Origin: a virus
Taxonomy: Duplodnaviria > Caudoviricetes
DNA length: 52,937 bases
IMG/VR virus record: IMGVR_UViG_3300044840_000023
Coordinates: 1-52,937 of that record
Direction: 5' to 3' (one strand)
Every line of letters starts with the position of its first letter. Positions within the stretch are counted from its first letter, which is position 1. Both the position numbers and the translations under genes were made by a program. This document shows, in pieces, positions 8,832 to 18,246 of this stretch. The notes under the pieces are model-generated. The model searched no databases. It had not been told where the DNA came from and saw only the letters and a list, made by a program, of their open reading frames with translations.

Positions 8832-10403
8832 ATGCGCAGACTTATCGCGGCGCTCGCTTTCGTACTGACATTTGCGCCCGCGCTCGCCCAAAACGGCCTG
8901 CCCGGCGCTCCAGGCGCGCAGGTGCCGAACAGCCCGGGCGGCAGCGGCGGCAGCACCAATCTTGCAGGCCTCGGTTCGGGAGTATGGGGCGTTTCGACCA
9001 CGGCAAACGGGAATGGTTATGCGCCGGGCGATAGCTACACACCCTCCATTCCCGGAGCGACCGCCAATTCTATTCTAAGTGGCGCATATAACAATGCCGT
9101 GCTATATGTTGCGACTACTCAGGTTGTTTCGGCGACAGTCGCGGCGGGAGGATCAGCCTGCACGGGGACGACCGCGACATTAACCGGAACGACTGGAACT
9201 GGCGGCAGTGGAGCCTTCTTCACGGCCACAGCCCCGGTTTCCGGTGGTGCAATTCAAAGCCCTGTCACGATTACGTCGGGCGGCAGTTATCGAACCAACC
9301 CAACTTCAATTTCGGCCGAGCCAGTTACGGGCAGTTCATGCAGCGGTGCGCAGCTCACACTGGTCATGGGCGTGCAATTTGCAAACGTTCAAAACCCCGG
9401 AAGTTATTCGGCGATCGCAGGGGCGTCTGCCTCGGTCACTCAATCTGCAACCAGCGGTGCGGGAGCTGGTGCAACTTTCACACTGACCTTCGCTCCATAC
9501 GGGCTTCTTATTCCTCCAACAAACTCACCCAATTTCGGCGCGCAGAACGTCAATCAGGCCGCCTACAATTTTTGCGCAGGCTATCTTTGTTTGAATGCAA
9601 ATACGTCAGGGGTAGAGAATACGGCGTTCGGATGGTCGGCATTAGCGTTCGATACGACCGGATCGTACAACACCGGCTTTGGTGTTCATGCGCTGGGCGC
9701 GGCCCTGACGACCGGGAGTAATAATACAGGTGTAGGCGTTGATGCTGGTCGAAACCTCACGACGGGAAATTCGAATACGTTCGTCGGTCTTAGTGCGGGG
9801 CTAAATTCCGCCGCTGCGTTCAGCAATACGGTTGTCGGCTCGGGAGCCATGACCGCCGCGACGACTTCAATTCAGAACACTGTTGTTGGCACTTCTGCCG
9901 GTAACAATCTTACCGGATCAAACAATACTGTTGTCGGCTTTAATTCCGGTGGAAAAATCTCGTCGGGGGCCAGCAATATCGCCATAGGTCCGACTGTCGC
10001 CACTGTAACACTGACTACAGGAAATCACAATGTCCTCATTGGAACGTCTAGCGCCGTAGATACAGTCGCGTCGAACACATCTAACGAAATAAATATTGAA
10101 AATCTGCTGTTCTTCAATAGCGCAAGCACCGCCGCGCCCGCGCTATCAGCCTGCGGGACAGGCTCCCCCACGGTCGATACGCATGGCAATAACCGCTCTG
10201 GCACTATCACGGCGGGCGCCGGGACGCTTGCTTCTTGCCTGATGACCTTTGCTGGTTCCGGCTATGCGACATGGAACCACTGTCGCGTGACATCGCAGTC
10301 GGCTGTTGCATCGTTTGCCTATAGCTACACGCTGACGACGCTGACCGTGACTGGCACGTCGATCACATCAGATAAATTCGATTATGACTGCGACGGATTA
10401 TGA
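8832..10403 (+). CDS. Secreted fibre/adhesin-like protein with NTxxG repeats
   Basis: Signal MRRLIAALAFVLTFAPALA|QNGLPG; NTAFG/NTGFG/NTFVG/NTVVG repeats as in tail fibres and autotransporter heads; 8 Cys. Confidence 0.75.
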   Translation: MRRLIAALAFVLTFAPALAQNGLPGAPGAQVPNSPGGSGGSTNLAGLGSGVWGVSTTANGNGYAPGDSYTPSIPGATANSILSGAYNNAVLYVATTQVVSATVAAGGSACTGTTATLTGTTGTGGSGAFFTATAPVSGGAIQSPVTITSGGSYRTNPTSISAEPVTGSSCSGAQLTLVMGVQFANVQNPGSYSAIAGASASVTQSATSGAGAGATFTLTFAPYGLLIPPTNSPNFGAQNVNQAAYNFCAGYLCLNANTSGVENTAFGWSALAFDTTGSYNTGFGVHALGAALTTGSNNTGVGVDAGRNLTTGNSNTFVGLSAGLNSAAAFSNTVVGSGAMTAATTSIQNTVVGTSAGNNLTGSNNTVVGFNSGGKISSGASNIAIGPTVATVTLTTGNHNVLIGTSSAVDTVASNTSNEINIENLLFFNSASTAAPALSACGTGSPTVDTHGNNRSGTITAGAGTLASCLMTFAGSGYATWNHCRVTSQSAVASFAYSYTLTTLTVTGTSITSDKFDYDCDGL

Positions 10404-10458
10404 TCGAAATCCGCTTCTACGATAACCGCCCTCCGCTCGTGATCTATACGGGGAAGAA

Positions 10459-10755
10459 ATGAAAAAGCTTTTTGCGCTAATGAAGACCGGGCTCATTTTA
10501 GCGCTTATCGCACTGGTCGCGGCAGTCACGCTAGCGTCGGCGCAGAACGGGCTGCCCGGTGTCGGTACGCAAATGCCGGGCGTCGGGAACCAGATACCAA
10601 ACGGCGTATGCGACGAAATATCGAGCCCCAACTGTACGCAATTCTCGGGCGGCCAGACCGTTGCGCCGCCGCCCGCCACCAACTGCCCGTCAACCGGCGT
10701 CTTCAATCTCGGAAACGTCTGCAATGACATTTACTTCATAGGAGCGATGCGGTGA
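10459..10755 (+). CDS. Small secreted protein sharing the mature N-terminus QNGLPG with 8832
   Basis: Hydrophobic signal ending ASA|QNGLPG; 4 Cys. Confidence 0.7.
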   Translation: MKKLFALMKTGLILALIALVAAVTLASAQNGLPGVGTQMPGVGNQIPNGVCDEISSPNCTQFSGGQTVAPPPATNCPSTGVFNLGNVCNDIYFIGAMR

Positions 10756-11732
10756 AAAAACTCGCCCTCATTATTGCTTTCCTAATCGGAAGCGTCGGCA
10801 GCGCCGCGGCGATCTGTGCGGGTCCGGCCGTGATGCACGATTTCCCGGGCGGCACATTCAACATGAGCCTCGCAACGAACGCGGGCGACGGCAACTGCGC
10901 ATCGAATATCGGGATTATCGGAACACTGCCACCGTTCGCCGCCCCGCCGACTGTCAATCTAGGGACGATCGGCGGCGCAGCGACGGCCGCGAACCAGGCC
11001 ACGGCGCAAACTTCGCTTGGTACGATTGCCACCAACTCGGGCACGCAAGCGACGGCGGCGGGCCAAGCCACGGGGAATGCGTCCCTCGCGACAATCGCCA
11101 CCAACTCGGCAGCGCAGGCGACCGCGGCCAACCAGGCCACGGCAAACACGTCGCTTGGTACTATCGCCACCAACTCGGCAACGCAGGCGACCGCCGCTAA
11201 CCAGACGATCATACATAATGATCTCGTCACGTTAAATGCCACGGCGGGGGGCCCGGTCCCCGCAGGAACTAACAACATCGGCAAGTTCGATATCGACGCT
11301 GCCAGCCCCGGGCTTAATCCCTTGGGGCCTGCGGCGGTTTCTAATTCAGTACCGCACATAAACAGTTCTCAGTATCCCGCCAATAATGTCACGACGACGC
11401 CAACGCCGCTCGGGGCACATGGCGCGGGTTCAACTGCCGCAGTCACCGGCACGTTAACCCCGGCCTCGACAGCGACCGCCTATGTCTGCGGTTTTAGCTT
11501 CTCGGCCATAGGCGGCACGGCGAACCCGGGGCCTCTAGTTCTCTCGGGCGTGTTGGGCGGTCCTTTCACCTACCAGCTCGCGCCGAACTCGGCGACCATC
11601 GGGCAGAACTTCTTTCAGCCGTTTAGCCCTTGCTTGCCAGCGTCCGCCGTTAACACCCCGATCGTCGTCACAACGACGGCAGCCGCCGGCGCGACGGCAA
11701 CCGATGTCAATATGTGGGGCTACGGCCTATGA
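10752..11732 (+). CDS. Secreted fibre-like protein with 23-aa repeats
   Basis: Signal MKKLALIIAFLIGSVGSAAA; ATAANQATAQTSLGTIATNS repeats; 4 Cys. Confidence 0.75.
   Translation: MKKLALIIAFLIGSVGSAAAICAGPAVMHDFPGGTFNMSLATNAGDGNCASNIGIIGTLPPFAAPPTVNLGTIGGAATAANQATAQTSLGTIATNSGTQATAAGQATGNASLATIATNSAAQATAANQATANTSLGTIATNSATQATAANQTIIHNDLVTLNATAGGPVPAGTNNIGKFDIDAASPGLNPLGPAAVSNSVPHINSSQYPANNVTTTPTPLGAHGAGSTAAVTGTLTPASTATAYVCGFSFSAIGGTANPGPLVLSGVLGGPFTYQLAPNSATIGQNFFQPFSPCLPASAVNTPIVVTTTAAAGATATDVNMWGYGL
10980..11207 (+). repeat. Intragenic tandem repeat, 69-bp unit, about 3.3 copies
   Basis: ATAANQATAQTSLGTIATNSGTQ / ATAAGQATGNASLATIATNSAAQ / ATAANQATANTSLGTIATNSATQ / ATAANQT. Confidence 0.85.
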
Positions 11733-12640
11733 TGAAGTTGCTTCGGATTTTGCTGCTTTCTGCGCTGTGCTGTTTTCAGGGGTATCCTGTATTCGCAGGG
11801 CAGTTTTTCGGCTGGCTTGCGCCCGGCGCGACTTGCACGGGCGGCACGAGAACAACTGCCGGCGGCAATACGATCATCACGTTCACGGCGAGCGGGACGT
11901 TGACATGCAGCGGGTCAGTCAGTGCGCAAGTGTTGGTAGTTGCCGGCGGCGGTGGTGGAAACGAGGGCGGCGGCGGCGCGGGCGGTTATTGCACAACTGT
12001 CGGAACACCAACTTGCGGCTTGGGCTCCAGCTTCACAGTCCCGCCAGGCTCGACATCGATCACGGTTGGCGGGGGCGGTGCGGGGGTTGTTTCAAATAAC
12101 GGCATCAATACGGCTTCGAACGGTTCCAATTCCGTCCTCTCAACTATCACCGCCAACGGCGGCGGCGCGGGCGGCATTGTCAATGGCACGCCCGCGGCCG
12201 GCGGGTCAGGCGGCGGTTGCGGAGGGCAAGGCGGCTCCGGGTGCCCCGTTGGCGGCACCGGAAGCCAAGGTCAGAACGGCGGCGCAACGACAGCGTTTGC
12301 GTTTCCGTTCCCCGCAGCGGGCGGCGGTGGTGCTGGTGTCGTCGGTTCGGCGGGCGCAGGATCGGCGGGCGGCGCGGGAGGCAACGGCGTAAGTAATTCG
12401 ATCACCGGCTCCGCTGTCACCTACGCGGGCGGCGGCGGTGGTGCCGTTGACAGCGGCGGAGCCGGTACTGGTGGTGCGGGGGGTACGGGCGGCGGTGGCG
12501 CTGGGGGCGCCTCGGCAGCCGGGGTCAACGGAACCGCCAATACCGGGGGCGGTGGCGGCGGCACCGACAATTTCGGATTTTCGGGCGGCACGGGTGGCAG
12601 TGGCATCGTGATCATCAGCTGCATCACGGGGCTATGCTAA
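11729..12640 (+). CDS. Secreted glycine-rich adhesin-like protein
   Basis: Signal ending PVFA; VLVVAGGGGG...ITVGGGG...NTGGGGGG...GGSGIVII is the phage glycine-rich domain; 8 Cys in the mature part. Confidence 0.8.
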   Translation: MMKLLRILLLSALCCFQGYPVFAGQFFGWLAPGATCTGGTRTTAGGNTIITFTASGTLTCSGSVSAQVLVVAGGGGGNEGGGGAGGYCTTVGTPTCGLGSSFTVPPGSTSITVGGGGAGVVSNNGINTASNGSNSVLSTITANGGGAGGIVNGTPAAGGSGGGCGGQGGSGCPVGGTGSQGQNGGATTAFAFPFPAAGGGGAGVVGSAGAGSAGGAGGNGVSNSITGSAVTYAGGGGGAVDSGGAGTGGAGGTGGGGAGGASAAGVNGTANTGGGGGGTDNFGFSGGTGGSGIVIISCITGLC

Positions 12641-15051
12641 TGATGAAACGTCGCGATTTCCTGACAGGCGCATCAGCGGCAGCCATCGCTTCCCTGGCCA
12701 AAGAAGCAAAGAGCGGCATGGCTCTTCATGGCGGTGGTGGCGGAGGCGGCGGAAATTGGGTTCCGGGCGACCGTCCGTTCGCGGCATCGTCTCCCATCAA
12801 TCAGCCGCTGCCTGCCAATTCCATCCTGACACCTCTCCCTTGGCCCGCATACGACGGCTCAAACAGGTGGGTCAGCGCCAAGATTGTTTTCGATATTCCT
12901 AACCTGGCTACTGCGCCGTTCCGTGTCATTGATTTGCTTAATTTCTCTTGGAATCTCCCTCCCGGAAACTTAGCCCCGCGCCAGATGACGTCGGGGTTCA
13001 CTTATACTACGATAAGCGGCGATACCGATCACGAAGTCTGCTCCATTATCGGGAATGATTGCGCCAGTTATTGGCTTTTTGACAGCGGCGGTATTCCTAC
13101 CAGTGACACAGTAGGGGATTGCGAAGCGGTCGGATTTTCTGACCTTGTGGTGGATTCAGGTTTTGGCACACCGCCCGTCGGATCAACGCTGAATGCCGGT
13201 GTCTATGGCAGCGGCCAGAGCTGTTTTGCCGGACTTCAACTTAAGGAAGAGTATGTAAAGCAGGGAGCTATCAACCATGTCGTTGCCATAAGCTGTCAAA
13301 ATTTTCTGGTTAATGCGAACCCCGGTCTTTTTCCAGCCATCGCCAATGATGGCAGCAGCACCAATGGGTTCTTTGTCGAATGTCAACTCCTGGCTATTCC
13401 TGCTGGCACAACAATGCCTAGCGGACTTACATCTTTTGGCCAGATACTCTTCACGACCTTGCAGAATTACGGGGCCATGGTTTCCGATTTCGGCCCGACT
13501 ACAGCGTTTTATTACGGGCTTAGTTATAACGCCCCGTCAGGAAGTTTTAACGGCGATGACCTGTATGGCGTCCCTCAGTTTTCATCGAATCCGAGTTTAC
13601 TGAATGATGCTATTGCTCTTATCCCTCTGCTCCAGAAGGTGGGCTACGTCTTTGACGGCTTCCAGGATGTGTTCACTTATGTAGGAACCTTCTCGCCGCA
13701 ATTATCGCTGCTTGCCTATACGGGCGCAGCAATGCATGTCACGCGGGACAGCGGCGGATCGCAGGACATCAACTTCACCTCTGCGCCTCAGTCACTTCTC
13801 GATACCGCGTCAATCGCATCGTTCGGGTCTGGAACGACCGTCAGAGTAGCGACCTACTACAACCCGATGAAAGCTGACCCTTTCAATGCAGGCGCTATCG
13901 ATTTTGTTTCGGCTGGATCATTGGCGCCGATCATCTATCAGTCTGGGGCGCTCGTCACCGCCAATAGCCGTCCAGCCATGCTGTTCGATGGCGCCACCAA
14001 TTACCTGAAGATGGCCGCCACGTCGGCATTCTATCCTTTTACCGGCACTGCGTATCTGCACGCGGTGGTGCAACTGACCGATTATCTCGCCAACTACACC
14101 CTCGACAGCGGCGATACGGCGGGGTGTCTTGAACTTCGGATCGACCAGACAACCGGATTCGTTCGGCTGCTGGCAAACGGCGGGACTACCATCGGTGTCA
14201 GCACTGGTTTTCAGGTGCCAACGTCAGGCCCGGTATTGATCAGCGCAACTTACGATCCATCCGGCGCCTACGCTATTTTCATCAATGGCATCGTTGTGGT
14301 GCAATCGCCTACGGCTTCTCATGTCGCGATCACTTCGGCCAACGTCCAGATTGGAGCAGGACCCGGTCCTGCCGGGTTCTTCAAGGGAAAAATACTAGCG
14401 GCGGGCGTCATGTTTGTTGCGCCTCCTTTCAACAATGTTCAGACCATCATCGAGACATACCTGGCTAACTTCTTCGGGCCACTGGCTGCGGTTACCGCCA
14501 ATACGACCACGTTCGATCCTACCAGGAGCACGCCACAGCTCTCCTACTTCAATAACAACCTGACCGTTTTCGAAAACTTCGGTTTTTCCGCTATCGCATA
14601 TGGGACAGTCTCCAAGACTGCGGGCATCTGGTACAACGAGTTTACCTGCAACGTCGCCAACGGCAATGATTCCATTGGAATAGCGAACACAAGCGCATCC
14701 AGCATTCTTCAGTGGTCGTCCAACGGCCAAATCTTTATCAACGGCACATTCAGCGGCATCACCATCGGAACATGGGGCACAGGAAGCTTCCTCGCGCAAG
14801 TGGTCAATTTCACCACACAGAAGGTATGGTTCGGGGTCATTGTCGCGGGCGCCGTTCTTTGGAACAACGATGTTCTCGCCAATCAAAATCCGGCAACGGG
14901 AGTTGGCGGTATCAGCTTCTCGGCATTGACCGGCGCTCTTTTCCCGATTGCCGTCCCCGGCGCTTTCGGCTCTGAGTTAACCGCGAATTTCGGCGCAATG
15001 GCTTATCGGAATGCCGCCATCGTTCCTTCAAATGCGGTAAACTGGCAATGA
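12640..15051 (+). CDS. Tat-signal multidomain protein with LamG/ConA-like and C-terminal SPRY-like domains
   Basis: KRRDFLTG twin-arginine motif; FDGATNYL...FKGKI LamG-like segment; GIWYNEFT..IGIA..LFPIA..TANFG SPRY-like segment; 8 Cys. Confidence 0.7.
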   Translation: MMKRRDFLTGASAAAIASLAKEAKSGMALHGGGGGGGGNWVPGDRPFAASSPINQPLPANSILTPLPWPAYDGSNRWVSAKIVFDIPNLATAPFRVIDLLNFSWNLPPGNLAPRQMTSGFTYTTISGDTDHEVCSIIGNDCASYWLFDSGGIPTSDTVGDCEAVGFSDLVVDSGFGTPPVGSTLNAGVYGSGQSCFAGLQLKEEYVKQGAINHVVAISCQNFLVNANPGLFPAIANDGSSTNGFFVECQLLAIPAGTTMPSGLTSFGQILFTTLQNYGAMVSDFGPTTAFYYGLSYNAPSGSFNGDDLYGVPQFSSNPSLLNDAIALIPLLQKVGYVFDGFQDVFTYVGTFSPQLSLLAYTGAAMHVTRDSGGSQDINFTSAPQSLLDTASIASFGSGTTVRVATYYNPMKADPFNAGAIDFVSAGSLAPIIYQSGALVTANSRPAMLFDGATNYLKMAATSAFYPFTGTAYLHAVVQLTDYLANYTLDSGDTAGCLELRIDQTTGFVRLLANGGTTIGVSTGFQVPTSGPVLISATYDPSGAYAIFINGIVVVQSPTASHVAITSANVQIGAGPGPAGFFKGKILAAGVMFVAPPFNNVQTIIETYLANFFGPLAAVTANTTTFDPTRSTPQLSYFNNNLTVFENFGFSAIAYGTVSKTAGIWYNEFTCNVANGNDSIGIANTSASSILQWSSNGQIFINGTFSGITIGTWGTGSFLAQVVNFTTQKVWFGVIVAGAVLWNNDVLANQNPATGVGGISFSALTGALFPIAVPGAFGSELTANFGAMAYRNAAIVPSNAVNWQ

Positions 15052-15473
15052 CTGACGGTATGCTGCTATATGTGCCGATTTTCGTTAGCGGCATCACGCT
15101 TTTAGTCATGGTCGCGGAAAAGATTTTCGGCGGTGGCAACGCGCTCGCGGCCAAATTTCACAAACTGGACAAAGACACGACCGAAGCCATTGCGCAGGTT
15201 GAACGTTCGCTGCGTACCAAAATTGATGAGTACGAGGACAACTACACCGTGGGCGCCGACGCCGTACGTTCTAACATCCACGCCCTTCAAATGGGGTTGC
15301 TGGAGTTTCGCGCCAAAATGGCCGAGGAGTACGTTGCCAAAGGCGGCTTGGACGACATCAAGCAAGACATGCGCCGGGGCTTCGAAGCCGTAGACAAGCG
15401 AATGGGCGAGCTTCAGGACATGATAATGTGGGCAAGGCCGGACGGCGACCGCACGCACCAGAAACCGCGCTAG
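15048..15473 (+). CDS. Membrane-anchored coiled-coil protein (possible lysis accessory)
   Basis: N-terminal TM helix followed by coiled coil. Confidence 0.65.
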   Translation: MTDGMLLYVPIFVSGITLLVMVAEKIFGGGNALAAKFHKLDKDTTEAIAQVERSLRTKIDEYEDNYTVGADAVRSNIHALQMGLLEFRAKMAEEYVAKGGLDDIKQDMRRGFEAVDKRMGELQDMIMWARPDGDRTHQKPR

Positions 15474-15538
15474 GAACTGCCGCGAATGCATGGTAAAGAG
15501 GGAAAGCATCACGAATACGAGACCGGAGACGGGACCCC

Positions 15539-15883
15539 ATGGAAAACCAGACGGAACACCAAGACAAGCGCGTCCACTTCAAAGATCGCATTTCCAAGAT
15601 GAAAAGCGAGCTGGGAAGCCTCGCCAAAGACGCGGGCAAGCTGAAGAACAAGCACCTCGCCGACCTCATGCTAGCCGGCATCGGGCGCCTTTCCGACGCG
15701 CTCGACCACCCCGACATGGACTTGCTTTCCGACGACGCGGCCCGCGAAGAAGTTGAGAAATCGCAGGCGCGGCGGGATTGGGAAGCGGCAGAACGTGACA
15801 AACGCCCGGAACCGCTGCCATTCGACCCGGCCGCCGGCAAGCCGCTCGATACCTCGGGCGTCGCCTTCGGGCAGACGGGCTAA
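15539..15883 (+). CDS. Hypothetical protein
   Basis: 114-aa ORF in a plus-strand gene run. Confidence 0.6.
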   Translation: MENQTEHQDKRVHFKDRISKMKSELGSLAKDAGKLKNKHLADLMLAGIGRLSDALDHPDMDLLSDDAAREEVEKSQARRDWEAAERDKRPEPLPFDPAAGKPLDTSGVAFGQTG

Positions 15884-15889
15884 CCTCGA

Positions 15890-16072
15890 ATGGCGAGTGG
15901 CCTGCCCAGCAAAGCAAAGGTTGGCATCCCCGGCAAGTCCGTGGGTATCGACCCGGCGACCTACTTCATAGCAAAACGCATGGAGCGCGTCGGCATGCTT
16001 CGACCAGGGCAGGCCCTTTGCCTCGCCGCAACGTTACCGACCAAGGCACCGAAGAAAGGAAAACGCAAGTGA
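15890..16072 (+). CDS. Small basic protein
   Basis: Lys-rich C-terminus; GTGA overlap with the next gene. Confidence 0.55.
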   Translation: MASGLPSKAKVGIPGKSVGIDPATYFIAKRMERVGMLRPGQALCLAATLPTKAPKKGKRK

Positions 16073-16335
16073 GCGAAACCAAGTTCAAAGGACACAAAAC
16101 CGGGTTCAACCCCAAGGGCTCCAACGACACCACGCCGAACGACATGGGACCGCCCGCGACGAAGTTCATGGGGCGCGGCGGCCTGCCAGAAGGCCCGCTG
16201 AAGCGCTACCCCGGTGCCGTCGCGGATATCAGCAACGGCAACCGCCGGCTTTCCAAGTCCGGCCACGGCGACGGCGGGGGCAGCGGGACCAGCTTCGGAG
16301 GCTCCCCGAGCGGCTTCAACCGGGGCCGCAAGTAA
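16069..16335 (+). CDS. Small Gly/Lys-rich disordered protein (possible virion core peptide)
   Basis: AAGGA RBS; GTG at 16069. Confidence 0.55.
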   Translation: MSETKFKGHKTGFNPKGSNDTTPNDMGPPATKFMGRGGLPEGPLKRYPGAVADISNGNRRLSKSGHGDGGGSGTSFGGSPSGFNRGRK

Positions 16336-16344
16336 GGGGCTGAA

Positions 16345-16761
16345 ATGTTCTATCGTCCAGGCGGCAGCGGCAAGCGCATCAACGCGCAGCAAGATACGGT
16401 TTACGTCGATTTCATCGGCGGCGCGACCGGCTGGATGCCCATAAATAAGGGCGATAACATCTCCGTGAACATCGCTCGGGCGTCGCTCACGTTCCAGACG
16501 CCCGCGCAAAGCCTAATTACGCCCTCCCCGGTGGCGCCCGAGGCTAGCGTATTGATGGAACTGAAGGTGTTCGGCGGTGACAAAGACAGCGCCGCGCGGC
16601 CTATCGACCAGTGGCAAAACCTGGTCGTCGCCACGTCGCGGGGCGCGCACCGCGCCGGGTGGGTACGGCTGCGCGTGCTCAACATCAACAACGGCGACGG
16701 AACGGGCGTTGTGATGGACCTGCAGATTAGTCGTACGGGTGAAAGTGGCAAGGTGCTGTAA
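16345..16761 (+). CDS. Putative beta-sandwich virion protein
   Basis: AAGGGG RBS; alternating beta-strand pattern (GWVRLRV). Confidence 0.6.
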   Translation: MFYRPGGSGKRINAQQDTVYVDFIGGATGWMPINKGDNISVNIARASLTFQTPAQSLITPSPVAPEASVLMELKVFGGDKDSAARPIDQWQNLVVATSRGAHRAGWVRLRVLNINNGDGTGVVMDLQISRTGESGKVL

Positions 16762-16925
16762 TGACGGAACAAGAAATTCGCGCGCAGGTAATGCATCTTT
16801 TCGGTGCCCTCGCAAATAACGACGAGCGCGGTTCGCTAGACGCGGCGCGAAATTTGGCGACACAGGTATCAGTCGATATGAACCGCATCGCAAACGCACT
16901 CGAAAAGATCGCAGCGAAAGGGTAG
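16761..16925 (+). CDS. Hypothetical 54-aa protein (not in the ORF track)
   Basis: TAATG coupling; MTEQEIRAQV...RIANALEKIAAKG. Confidence 0.6.
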   Translation: MTEQEIRAQVMHLFGALANNDERGSLDAARNLATQVSVDMNRIANALEKIAAKG

Positions 16926-16928
16926 TTC

Positions 16929-17618
16929 GTGGCCGGCTTCGATAACGGAACATTGCAGGGCGGGGTCTTTTTCCAGGCGAAGCAATTCGGTTCGGTTTTG
17001 CGCGGCTTCGGCCCCCCGGTGCCGCAAGCTGGTGTTGTTGGTGATTTGTACATCGACGTACAGACGTTCAATCTCTACGAAAAGCGGTCAACCGACGCAA
17101 CCGACCCGTGGGGCAACTTCATTTTCGTGGTGCCGAGCGCGCAACAGGCGCAGCTCAAATGGTTCGTGCCGTCCGCTCCGACGAACGACATCGGTGTGAA
17201 CGGCGACTATGCCCTGCTTTGGGCCGGCTTCCCGAACTACGGCCTGCAACCCTTGATCTTTGGACCGAAGGCGGCCGGCGCATGGCCGACAAGCCCGGCA
17301 GCCGTCGCCGTCTCGCTTAACCCCCTCTATACCGCGGAGAACTCAGTCAACGTGGGCGCAACAAACATAGTTTCGGGCGAGCAGAACAACGTTTCGATTG
17401 CAGCGGCCACCGGGCTCACGGTCCCAGCAACCGCAACCTACGCCGTAGTTACGGCAGTCGGCGGGCCGCTGTTCGCCACGTACGACGGCAGCACGCCAAG
17501 TTCCACAAATTTCGCGATGCAGGTCGCGCAAGGCGGGTCGCTGCCCGTACAAGGCGGGGCCACGCTGCTAGCCATCAAGGTTATCGGCACGCAAATGAGC
17601 GTGAGCTATTGGAACTAG
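16929..17618 (+). CDS. Tail fibre/spike-associated protein, paralog A
   Basis: GFGPP..AGVVGDLYID motif; N-terminal half duplicated in 17620; C-terminal domain shared with 8474. Confidence 0.7.
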   Translation: MAGFDNGTLQGGVFFQAKQFGSVLRGFGPPVPQAGVVGDLYIDVQTFNLYEKRSTDATDPWGNFIFVVPSAQQAQLKWFVPSAPTNDIGVNGDYALLWAGFPNYGLQPLIFGPKAAGAWPTSPAAVAVSLNPLYTAENSVNVGATNIVSGEQNNVSIAAATGLTVPATATYAVVTAVGGPLFATYDGSTPSSTNFAMQVAQGGSLPVQGGATLLAIKVIGTQMSVSYWN

Positions 17619-17619
17619 G

Positions 17620-18246
17620 ATGTTCGATAACGGGACATTGCAGGGCGGGGTTTTCTTCCAAGCAAAGCAGTTTGGATCAATCCTGCGCGGCTTTGGGCCG
17701 CCTGTACCGCAGGCGGGCGTTGTCGGCGATTTGTACATGGATGCACAGACTTTCAAGCTTTTCGAGAAACGCGCGACCAGCGGCACGGACCCGTGGGGTC
17801 ACTCCCTTTTCGTGGTGCCGGCGCTGTATCAAAGTTCGCTGAAGTGGTTCACCGCGTCGCAGATTACAGACGATATCGGGGTGCCCGGCGACTACGCGCT
17901 GCTTTGGGCGGGGTTCGGAAACTACGGAGTGCAGCCGTCGATTTTTGGGCCGAAGACGAACGGTGCGTGGCCCGAAAACGGCAACGGCCCCGGCACCGTG
18001 ATCGATCCGACCTTTGCGGGCGCAGCGTTGCCGGCCGGCCTGGTGGACGAAGGCCCGCCGATTGCTTTCAGCACGTCAACGCAGCTCGTTGTCGCCGGCC
18101 TGGTGGACGAGTTCATTCTTGCTGTTCCGTCACCACTACCGATCGCGGGCAGCCCCGTTCTGCAGCAAGGGCTGCGGAGCCTACCGCTTAACGTGACCGT
18201 GACGCTTAACTCGCTATTGCTAGTCGAGGCTGTAAATGAGCTATAA
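17620..18246 (+). CDS. Tail fibre/spike-associated protein, paralog B
   Basis: Near-identical N-terminus FDNGTLQGGVFFQAKQFGS to 16929. Confidence 0.7.
   Translation: MFDNGTLQGGVFFQAKQFGSILRGFGPPVPQAGVVGDLYMDAQTFKLFEKRATSGTDPWGHSLFVVPALYQSSLKWFTASQITDDIGVPGDYALLWAGFGNYGVQPSIFGPKTNGAWPENGNGPGTVIDPTFAGAALPAGLVDEGPPIAFSTSTQLVVAGLVDEFILAVPSPLPIAGSPVLQQGLRSLPLNVTVTLNSLLLVEAVNEL

Noticed and set aside
16929-18246. Diversity-generating retroelement TR/VR pair or invertible fibre cassette
   Set aside because: No reverse transcriptase or invertase recognised; differences between copies are not adenine-specific and both copies are intact genes in the same orientation.
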